Under the pieces are notes generated by a model. The model ran no database searches. It saw only the letters and a program-made list of their open reading frames with translations, and was not told the DNA's origin. Of a stretch of 64,000 bases of DNA, positions 1-8,797 are shown one piece after another (position 1 is the stretch's first letter; every line of letters begins with the position of its first letter). Source of the DNA: Auanema rhodensis (taxonomy: Eukaryota; Animalia; Nematoda); assembly GCA_964057225.1 (NCBI GenBank), contig OZ059894.1, positions 5,518,001 through 5,582,000 on the forward strand. The letters run 5' to 3'. The position numbers were made by a program, and so were the translations under genes.

Positions 1-27
1 TGAAATTATTTTGAAATTTTTCGGGAA
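1..27. repeat. Partial 349/350-bp satellite monomer (array continues beyond the window start)
   Basis: tgaaattattttgaaatttttcgggaa matches the monomer sequence immediately upstream of the AATT insertion site. Confidence 0.9.
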
Positions 28-211
28 AATTATTCTATTTTACTAGTCTACGACGTTAAATAAGAATTATATTTATTCGAAATGCTTTATTTCGTAATAG
101 GTCCTCACATAAAACAAACAAAAAAAATTCAAATTATCTCTCAGGTTCCCTTTCCCACGTTTCTTTGGGCGGGAAACAGTGAGAGTAAGCGATCGTCCTT
201 ATTCATTTCAG
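28..211. repeat. DIRS 3' (right) ITR plus terminal extension, copy 1
   Basis: 65-211 is the exact reverse complement of 4310-4456. 28-64 is extra sequence absent from the other end. Confidence 0.95.
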
Positions 212-457
212 GTGTCCAAAAAAGGAAGAATAGAAAGGCAGCATAACAATAACAAAATAAAAGAACAATAGTAACAGAAGGAAAGGAAAGGCTGCGGATA
301 GCAGGCAGCATGCTAATCTATCTCTTGCGGTCGTAGTTGGTGCGTTGTGCAGGCTTGAATCTGGAAAGTTATGATAAAGACATCGAAAGTGGGCGAGCTC
401 GAGTGGAAGTCCTCAGGTTGGTTAGCGGGAGCGCAGTAGGGGTGGAGGTGGGAGATA

Positions 458-530
458 TTCGAATAAATATAATTCTTATTTAACGTCGTAGACTAGTAAA
501 ATAGAATAATTATATTTATTCGAAATGCTT
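458..530. other. DIRS internal complementary region (ICR), copy 1
   Basis: 458-511 is the reverse complement of 28-81; 508-530 is the reverse complement of 4434-4456. The halves overlap at AATT (508-511). Confidence 0.95.
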
Positions 531-532
531 CT

Positions 533-1789
533 TCAAAAAAGAATCTTGGACTGGAACGAGGTTCTTCGCTCATAGTGGGTGAAGAAGGTTTTTTCTGAAG
601 CCCAGTTAGCCGCCTTGAGGATGTCGCCTATAGGTAGACCTTGCGCTAGTGCCTTCGAGGTCACAGCCGAGCGTGTTGAGTGAGCTTTGAAGGTAGTGGG
701 TATGCCCGCGCTGTGCAGGGTCTTTCTAATCCAACCAGAAATGGTGGTGGGTTCCACTGCTGCTCCATTCTTTCTGTTAAGAAAGAGGCATCTGGTTCGG
801 CGGAGTTCCATGGTTCGAGATAGGTATTCATTTATGCAGTTAATAGGGCACAGGTTATTGCGTGTGGGGAAGTTCTCGAACTTCGCTTCATGCGGGGGTC
901 CCTTAGATCTGTTTTTATTGCGTTTATTTATGAAGAAAGTTAACCCTTCTGCGTCGATACGCATGTGATCTAGGGAGAAAACGGCCAATTCGCTCACCCT
1001 CTTTGGAGAGCATAGGGCCAATAGAGTGGCTAGCTTGTGAGTGAGAGACTCTAGGCTGAGTTGGACGTTGGGGCCCAGCCTATCAAGGAAGTCCAAGACT
1101 TCGGAGGGGTCCCAGGTGTCTACGTACCTAGCCCCTGAAGGCTTCTCTCTGAACAAACCCCTCATGAGGCGGAGGAGCAGCACGTTCTCCTTTAGGGAGG
1201 GGGAGACCCCTAGGTGATCGGCCAATGCGGATATCGCTACCTTGTGTATGCGTACTGTGGAGAAGGCCTTAGTTTGAGCGAGAAATGATAGATAGTTAGC
1301 AACCGTTACTGGGTTGGGAGTAAAAGGTATCTTCTGCTTATTGCAGTAAGCTTTCCAGTTCTTGAGAGCACAGCCGTACTGTTTGCGTGTTCCTGGGGCC
1401 CAGGATTCGTTTAGGAGTCTCTTAGTCTCTGCTGTTACTCCCTCAAAGGAGTTTGTTAAATCTTCCACGCTGCTAATTGGAAATTCGGCGACTGCAGGAG
1501 AGGATGTGGGTTTCCTTCCCGGTCGGACAGCAGGTTCGGGTGTTGGAGCAGCAAGGGAGGCTCCTTGGATCTCTCTTGGAGTAGGGGAAACCACATTTGG
1601 CTCTTCCAGAATGGTGCTATCACTATAGCCGACCTCTGGGAGCTGGCGAGCTTTCCTAAGGTCTTGTGCAGGAGGTGGAAAGGTGGAAATACGTAAAGTA
1701 ATCCGTCTGGCAGCTGCTGCCAATTGAACAAGAGTGCGTTCACTCCTAATGCGGCGCAATCTGGAAAGAAGGAGTAGAAAAGGGCGCAT
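533..1789 (-). CDS. Tyrosine recombinase of DIRS element, copy 1
   Basis: Catalytic signature R (SPKRVSEL), K (KNRSK), HxxR (HSTR), W (ANW), Y (THY). First ATG at 1789 (the track start at 1801 is TTG); the true start is uncertain. Overlaps the MTase end of pol. Confidence 0.95.
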   Translation of the reverse strand: MRPFLLLLSRLRRIRSERTLVQLAAAARRITLRISTFPPPAQDLRKARQLPEVGYSDSTILEEPNVVSPTPREIQGASLAAPTPEPAVRPGRKPTSSPAVAEFPISSVEDLTNSFEGVTAETKRLLNESWAPGTRKQYGCALKNWKAYCNKQKIPFTPNPVTVANYLSFLAQTKAFSTVRIHKVAISALADHLGVSPSLKENVLLLRLMRGLFREKPSGARYVDTWDPSEVLDFLDRLGPNVQLSLESLTHKLATLLALCSPKRVSELAVFSLDHMRIDAEGLTFFINKRNKNRSKGPPHEAKFENFPTRNNLCPINCINEYLSRTMELRRTRCLFLNRKNGAAVEPTTISGWIRKTLHSAGIPTTFKAHSTRSAVTSKALAQGLPIGDILKAANWASEKTFFTHYERRTSFQSKILF

Positions 1790-4278
1790 TTGGCGTTCCA
1801 AGTGGACGCGAACAGGTCTATTTTGGGTTCACCCCATTTGGAAAATATTGATCTAGTGATCTCCGGATGGAGCGACCAGTCTTCCTTCAAAATTCTGCCG
1901 CGGGACAGGCAGTCGGCAGCCGTATTGATTTTTCCCGCTATATGCGATGCTCTGATTCTGAGCTTACGGGTATCGGCAAATTGCCATAACTCCAGTGCTA
2001 ATCTAGTGCCCTTCTGGGATTGACTCCCGCCCCTACGGTTGATGTAGGCAATGGCAGAAGTATTATCTAAGAGTAAGAGAACGTCGAGATTGCGCCAGGT
2101 CTTGCCGAACTCTGTTAGACCCTTCGTTGCTGCAATCAGCTCCAGCCAGTTTATATGGTAGTTAATGCGTTCTGCCTCGGACCAAGATCCTGACAAGGTA
2201 TTACCTTCCCACGAAGCGCCAAAACCCTCCAGGGAGGCATCTGAGGTAATGGAGTATCGGGGAGAAAAGGGCGTGAGCGAGGATACTTCTGATAGACGGG
2301 GAACGTCCTTGGTTCGAAGATCCTCCAGAATCTTTCTTAACGATCGATCTATTCTTATAATCTGAGGGAAGGCATTGGGATCATTTACGTTCGTAATTCC
2401 TTTAAGCCGTAGGTGGAAGTGCAGTTCACGGTTTCTGAAGGAGAGGTTAGGTGCTACCAGAGACGCAAAGTTCAATTTTCCCATTAGCGAGGCTAATGCT
2501 CTTATACTCAGCTCTGATTGAGCTGTTAAACGAGTGAGAGACTCGAGCAAACCGTTTTTCTTGGCCTTTGGGAGAGACCAGCTCATCGATCTTGAATTCA
2601 GCTGAATACCAAGAAATTCTATTTCTTGTGTGGGTATCATAATTGATTTATCCCAGTTTATCGTAAAACCCGCGCGATCAAAAGTAATTAGAATCTCTGT
2701 TAGTTGGGACCTGAGACAATCAGGATCCTCCGAGATGAACAGCCAGTCATCTAAGTAGTTGATGAGATTGATCCCTTTACCCCGAAAATGGGATACCAGA
2801 ACACGCATTAGCTTATGGAATATGTAGGGGGCTGAGCTCAGCCCAAAAGGGAGTGCTCTAAATAGGAAAGTGCGCCCCTCTGCTGTGAAAGCTAGGAAGG
2901 GTTGATCCTTCGGATCGATACTAATCGCGTGGTAGGCTGAATGGAAATCGATTTTGATCATGAAATTATCCTGTCGTAGGAGCGACGGGATGTCCCGAAG
3001 GGATTCTAGCTTGAACTTGGGTACTCGGAGAAAAGTGTTCAGGCGCTTTAAATTGAGGATGAAACGGGCCGTGCCGTCCGCCTTGGGAACGTGGAAGGTC
3101 GGGGATATGAAAACCTTCTCCCTCGGGGCGGCCTCTCGAATGGCGCCAGTGTACAGCAGTTCCTGGATATCCGACCTGGGTTGCTCCGGCAAGGTAGAGC
3201 AGATGGGTGGCAGCGATAAAGGTGGAGGTGTGCGGGCAAAGGGGAGACTATAGCCCTGAACCGCGTTAAGGATCTCCTTGTCCCTGGAGATGGACGCCCA
3301 AAAGGTTGTGGTGGAGGATACCCGGCATGCGAAAGGAAAAGTGACTAACCTCTTTCTCTGGTTAGTAGCGAACGTTGAGAAGGTAGCTTGTCTCTTGGGG
3401 GCTGAGCGTGGCCGTTGGGCATCATTCCTGCGAGGAGTTGTTCTGGAGCTTCTGGACAGTTCGGAGTACGACGATAGTTCTGCTCTGAGCTTCTTGCCAA
3501 ACAGTTCGGGTGCCGAATCCTCTGGAGCGTTGTCTACCGGGATCACGGTTCCATAGATGGGGGACTTCTTGAAGCTAGGCATGGCTCGGTAGGGTTGAGA
3601 GATCTTCATCTTGGTTAGAGCACACTCTCGCAAGTTGGTGCAGTGGGTCTTGATGTTAGCGCTGAGGAAGCGCTCCACTATGGCAAAGTATGCCTCCTGT
3701 TTTGTTGACAGACGAGAGTCCCTATCTATCCTGCCCAGCTTGCGAATTATCTTGATGTTAGAAAGAACGATTAGATCATTCTCGTATGCCGTGCGTATCT
3801 CAGCTTCGGACAGACGGATAGTGGGCTTGATGTTATTGTCCACGTGAGTAGTGTAGCGGTCGTCCAAGACCGGTAGTCGAGCGAACGGTGAGTCGATATT
3901 TGGGAGTTCCGAGATGAGCTCAGCTCTCTCGGTCGAGGACATGAGCAGTCCCGAGGCGAGTCTCTCGAAATCAGCAGTCTCGGAGGAAGATAGGCGAACG
4001 AGTGGCCTAGATCTGGGTCCGTGTGCCTCCGGTGGCATGGGGACCGTTTCGTCTTCGTCGTCCTCTGAATAGAGGTCCTCTTTCTCGGGCTGGTCCGAGT
4101 TCGGAGGTGGTGGGGAAGGAGCTTCTACCCTTCTCCTCTCGACGTGTTGACGGTCGGTGGAGATAGACGTTGGAGATGTTGAGCGTGACGATCTCGAAGA
4201 AGAAGAGCTGAAGGCTCGTACTCTTCTCGGAGAAGTTTCAGTCGGGGCTTGTCCCTGACGAGTGTGGCTTGGAGCCAT
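1456..4278 (-). CDS. Gag-like / reverse transcriptase / RNase H / Dam-like methyltransferase polyprotein (940 aa), copy 1
   Basis: RT motifs LPFGLSSAP and YLDD; RNase H motifs SDAS, HINWLE, LDN, AADCLSR; DIRS MTase-like DLFAS...FPPF...APFWKSQMWF. The N-terminal ~300 aa is called Gag-like by position only. Confidence 0.96.
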   Translation of the reverse strand: MAPSHTRQGQAPTETSPRRVRAFSSSSSRSSRSTSPTSISTDRQHVERRRVEAPSPPPPNSDQPEKEDLYSEDDEDETVPMPPEAHGPRSRPLVRLSSSETADFERLASGLLMSSTERAELISELPNIDSPFARLPVLDDRYTTHVDNNIKPTIRLSEAEIRTAYENDLIVLSNIKIIRKLGRIDRDSRLSTKQEAYFAIVERFLSANIKTHCTNLRECALTKMKISQPYRAMPSFKKSPIYGTVIPVDNAPEDSAPELFGKKLRAELSSYSELSRSSRTTPRRNDAQRPRSAPKRQATFSTFATNQRKRLVTFPFACRVSSTTTFWASISRDKEILNAVQGYSLPFARTPPPLSLPPICSTLPEQPRSDIQELLYTGAIREAAPREKVFISPTFHVPKADGTARFILNLKRLNTFLRVPKFKLESLRDIPSLLRQDNFMIKIDFHSAYHAISIDPKDQPFLAFTAEGRTFLFRALPFGLSSAPYIFHKLMRVLVSHFRGKGINLINYLDDWLFISEDPDCLRSQLTEILITFDRAGFTINWDKSIMIPTQEIEFLGIQLNSRSMSWSLPKAKKNGLLESLTRLTAQSELSIRALASLMGKLNFASLVAPNLSFRNRELHFHLRLKGITNVNDPNAFPQIIRIDRSLRKILEDLRTKDVPRLSEVSSLTPFSPRYSITSDASLEGFGASWEGNTLSGSWSEAERINYHINWLELIAATKGLTEFGKTWRNLDVLLLLDNTSAIAYINRRGGSQSQKGTRLALELWQFADTRKLRIRASHIAGKINTAADCLSRGRILKEDWSLHPEITRSIFSKWGEPKIDLFASTWNAKCALFYSFFPDCAALGVNALLFNWQQLPDGLLYVFPPFHLLHKTLGKLASSQRSAIVIAPFWKSQMWFPLLQERSKEPPLLLQHPNLLSDREGNPHPLLQSPNFQLAAWKI

Positions 4279-4309
4279 GGACGATCGTATGTGAGGCTCA
4301 ACGAAAAAA

Positions 4310-4456
4310 CTGAAATGAATAAGGACGATCGCTTACTCTCACTGTTTCCCGCCCAAAGAAACGTGGGAAAGGGAACCTGAGAGATAATTTGAATTTTTTT
4401 TGTTTGTTTTATGTGAGGACCTATTACGAAATAAAGCATTTCGAATAAATATAATT
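4310..4456. repeat. DIRS 5' (left) ITR, copy 1
   Basis: Reverse complement of 65-211; ends in AATT (4453-4456). Confidence 0.95.
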
Positions 4457-7400
4457 TTTGTCAAAATGTTTTTGGAAGCAATGTTGAGTGTAATGGAAAC
4501 TCAACATACACTAATGCATCATTTTTCAAACGATCATAACTAATTTTTGTATTGGACGTTTCCCAATGTATTATAGTGTATTCGATGCGGATTTTTAAGC
4601 TGCGTCGATCTGTGTTATCAGATTTGCGCTAACTTAAAAATGCACCGAGATATCAACTGATATAGGTTCACACTTATATCTTCGATTTTCACCCTGAAGA
4701 ATTAATTTTTTCGTTGAATAACATTGTCCATCGTCTTCGCCTCGAAAAAAAAATCTAAAAACATCTACTTTTTGTGAAATTATTCTGAAATTTTTCGTTA
4801 AAATTTTTGTCAAAATGTTTTTGGAAGCAATTTTGAGTGTAATGGAAACTCAACATACACTAATGCATCATTTTTCAAACAATCATAACTAATTTTTGTA
4901 TTCAGCGTTTCTCAATAGAGTATAGTGCATTCGATGCGGATTTTTAAGCTGCGTCGATCTGTGTTATCAGATTCGCGCTAGCTTAAAAATGCACCGAGAT
5001 ATCAACTGATATAGGTTCACACTTATATCTTCGATTTTCACCCTGAAGAATTAATTTTTTCGTTGAATAACATTGTCCATCGTCTTCGCCTCGAAAAAAA
5101 AATCTAAAAACATCTACTTTTTGTGAAATTATTTTGAAATTTTTCGGGAAAATTTTTGTCAAAATGTTTTTGGAAGCAATGTTGAGTGTAATGGAAACTC
5201 AACATACACTAATGCATCATTTTTCAAACAATCATAACTAATTTTTGTATTGGACGTTTCCCAATGTATTATAGTGTATTCGATGCGGATTTTTAAGCTG
5301 CGTCGATCTGTGTTATCAGATTTGCGCTAACTTAAAAATGCACCGAGATATCAACTGATATAGGTTCACACTTATATCTTCGATTTTCACCCTGAAGAAT
5401 TAATTTTTTCGTTGAATAACATTGTCCATCGTCTTCGCCTCGAAAAAAAAATCTAAAAACATCTACTTTTTGTGAAATTATTCTGAAATTTTTCGTTAAA
5501 ATTTTTGTCAAAATGTTTTTGGAAGCAATTTTGAGTGTAATGGAAACTCAACATACACTAATGCATCATTTTTCAAACAATCATAACTAATTTTTGTATT
5601 CAGCGTTTCTCAATAGAGTATAGTGCATTCGATGCGGATTTTTAAGCTGCGTCGATCTGTGTTATCAGATTCGCGCTAGCTTAAAAATGCACCGAGATAT
5701 CAACTGATATAGGTTCACACTTATATCTTCGATTTTCACCCTGAAGAATTAATTTTTTCGTTGAATAACATTGTCCATCGTCTTCGCCTCGAAAAAAAAA
5801 TCTAAAAACATCTACTTTTTGTGAAATTATTTTGAAATTTTTCGGGAAAATTTTTGTCAAAATGTTTTTGGAAGCAATGTTGAGTGTAATGGAAACTCAA
5901 CATACACTAATGCATTATTTTTCAAACGATCATAACTAATTTTTGTATTCAGCGTTTCTCAATGTCACATAGTGTATTCGATGCGGATTTTTAAGCTGCG
6001 TCGATCTGTGTTATCAGATTTGCGCTAACTTAAAAATGCACCGAGATATCAACTGATATAGGTTCACACTTATATCTTCGATTTTCACCCTGAAGAATTA
6101 ATTTTTTCGTTGAATAACATTGTCCATCGTCTTCGCCTCGAAAAAAAAATCTAAAAACATCTACTTTTTGTGAAATTATTCTGAAATTTTTCGTTAAAAT
6201 TTTTGTCAAAATGTTTTTGGAAGCAATTTTGAGTGTAATGGAAACTCAACATACACTAATGCATCATTTTTCAAACAATCATAACTAATTTTTGTATTCA
6301 GCGTTTCTCAATGTATTATAGTGTATTCGATGAGGATTTTTAAGCTGCGTCGATCTGTGTTATCAGATTTGCGCTAGCTTACAAATGCACCGAGATATCA
6401 ACTGATATAGGTTCACACTTATATCTTCGATTTTCACCCTGAAGAATTAATTTTTTCGTTGAATAACATTGTCCATCGTCTTCGCCTCGAAAAAAAAATC
6501 TAAAAACATCTACTTTTTGTGAAATTATTCTGAAATTTTTCGTTAAAATTTTTGTCAAAATGTTTTTGGAAGCAATCTTGAGTGTAATGGAAACTCAACA
6601 TACACTAATGCATTATTTTTCAAACGATCATAACTAATTTTTGTATTAAGCGTTTCTCAATGTCACATAGTGTATTCGATGCGGATTTTTAAGCTGCGTC
6701 GATCTGTGTTATCAGATTTGCGCTAACTTAAAAATGCACCGAGATATCAACTGATATAGGTTCACACTTATATCTTCGATTTTCACCCTGAAGAATTAAT
6801 TTTTTCGTTGAATAACATTGTCCATCGTCTTCGCCTCGAAAAAAAAATCTAAAAACATCTACTTTTTGTGAAATTATTCTGAAATTTTTCGTTAAAATTT
6901 TTGTCAAAATGTTTTTGGAAGCAATCTTGAGTGTAATGGAAACTCAACATACACTAATGCATTATTTTTCAAACGATCATAACTAATTTTTGTATTAAGC
7001 GTTTCTCAATGTCACATAGTGTATTCGATGCGGATTTTTAAGCTGCGTCGATCTGTGTTATCAGATTTGCGCTAACTTAAAAATGCACCGAGATATCAAC
7101 TGATATAGGTTCACACTTATATCTTCGATTTTCACCCTGAAGAATTAATTTTTTCGTTGAATAACATTGTCCATCGTCTTCGCCTCGAAAAAAAAATCTA
7201 AAAACATCTACTTTTTGTGAAATTATTCTGAAATTTTTCGTTAAAATTTTTGTCAAAATGTTTTTGGAAGCAATTTTGAGTGTAATGGAAACTCAACATA
7301 CACTAATGCATCATTTTTCAAACAATCATAACTAATTTTTGTATTCAGCGTTTCTCAATGTATTATAGTGTATTCGATGAGGATTTTTAAGCTGCGTCGA

Positions 7401-8292
7401 TCTGTGTTATCAGATTTGCGCTAGCTTACAAATGCACCGAGATATCAACTGATATAGGTTCACACTTATATCTTCGATTTTCACCCTGAAGAATTAATTT
7501 TTTCGTTGAATAACATTGTCCATCGTCTTCGCCTCGAAAAAAAAATCTAAAAACATCTACTTTTTGTGAAATTATTCTGAAATTTTTCGTTAAAATTTTT
7601 GTCAAAATGTTTTTGGAAGCAATCTTGAGTGTAATGGAAACTCAACATACACTAATGCATTATTTTTCAAACGATCATAACTAATTTTTGTATTCAGCGT
7701 TTCTCAATGTATTATAGTGTATTCGATGAGGATTTTTAAGCTGCGTCGATCTGTGTTATCAGATTTGCGCTAGCTTACAAATGCACCGAGATATCAACTG
7801 ATATAAGTTCACACTTATATCTTCGATTTTCAGCCTGAAGAATCAATTTTTTTCGTTGAATAACATTGTCCATCGTCTTCGCCTTGAAAAAAAAATCTAA
7901 AAACATCTACTTTTTGTGAAATTATCTGGAAATTTTTCGGGAAAATTTTTGTCAAAAAGTTTTTGGAAGCAATTTTGAGTGTACATGGAAACTCAACATA
8001 CACTTATGCATCATTTTTCAAACGATCATAACTAATTTTTGTATTCAGCGTTTCTCAATGTCACATAGTGTATTCGATGCGGATTTTTAAGCTGCGTCGA
8101 TCTGTGTTATCAGATTTGCGCTGGCTTACAAATGCACCGAGATATCAACTGATATAGGTTCACACTTATATCTTCGATTTTCACCCTGAAGAATTAATTT
8201 TTTCGTTGAATAACATTGTCCATCGTCTTCGCCTCGAAAAAAAAATCTAAAACATCTACTTTTTGTGAAATTATTTTGAAATTTTTCGGGAA
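4457..8292. repeat. 349/350-bp satellite, 11 monomers between the two DIRS copies
   Basis: Head-to-tail near-identical monomers; about 3,840 bp equals 11 units. Confidence 0.98.
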
Positions 8293-8722
8293 AATTATTC
8301 TATTTTACTAGTCTACGACGTTAAATAAGAATTATATTTATTCGAAATGCTTTATTTCGTAATAGGTCCTCACATAAAACAAACAAAAAAAATTCAAATT
8401 ATCTCTCAGGTTCCCTTTCCCACGTTTCTTTGGGCGGGAAACAGTGAGAGTAAGCGATCGTCCTTATTCATTTCAGGTGTCCAAAAAAGGAAGAATAGAA
8501 AGGCAGCATAACAATAACAAAATAAAAGAACAATAGTAACAGAAGGAAAGGAAAGGCTGCGGATAGCAGGCAGCATGCTAATCTATCTCTTGCGGTCGTA
8601 GTTGGTGCGTTGTGCAGGCTTGAATCTGGAAAGTTATGATAAAGACATCGAAAGTGGGCGAGCTCGAGTGGAAGTCCTCAGGTTGGTTAGCGGGAGCGCA
8701 GTAGGGGTGGAGGTGGGAGATA

Positions 8723-8795
8723 TTCGAATAAATATAATTCTTATTTAACGTCGTAGACTAGTAAAATAGAATAATTATATTTATTCGAAATGCTT
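8723..8795. other. DIRS internal complementary region (ICR), copy 2
   Basis: Same sequence as 458-530. Confidence 0.95.
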
Positions 8796-8797
8796 CT

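Larger units (their letters stand above)
28..4456 (-). mobile_element. DIRS1-type tyrosine-recombinase retrotransposon, full length, copy 1 (4,429 bp)
   Basis: 147-bp inverted terminal repeats (65-211, 4310-4456), a terminal extension (28-64), an internal complementary region (458-530), an RT/RNaseH/MTase ORF and an overlapping YR ORF. AATT at both ends, within a satellite monomer. Confidence 0.97.

Noticed and set aside
687-3847. Plus-strand ORFs of 60-100 aa within the DIRS element (and in copy 2)
   Set aside because: Antisense shadows of GC-rich coding sequence, mostly with non-ATG starts and no motifs.
4125-4439. 104-aa ORF spanning the left ITR
   Set aside because: Runs through the non-coding ITR with no recognisable domain.
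28-4456. LTR retrotransposon, PAT-type element or prophage integrase
   Set aside because: No direct or split-direct repeats, no DDE integrase or protease. Inverted termini plus ICR define the DIRS1 type.
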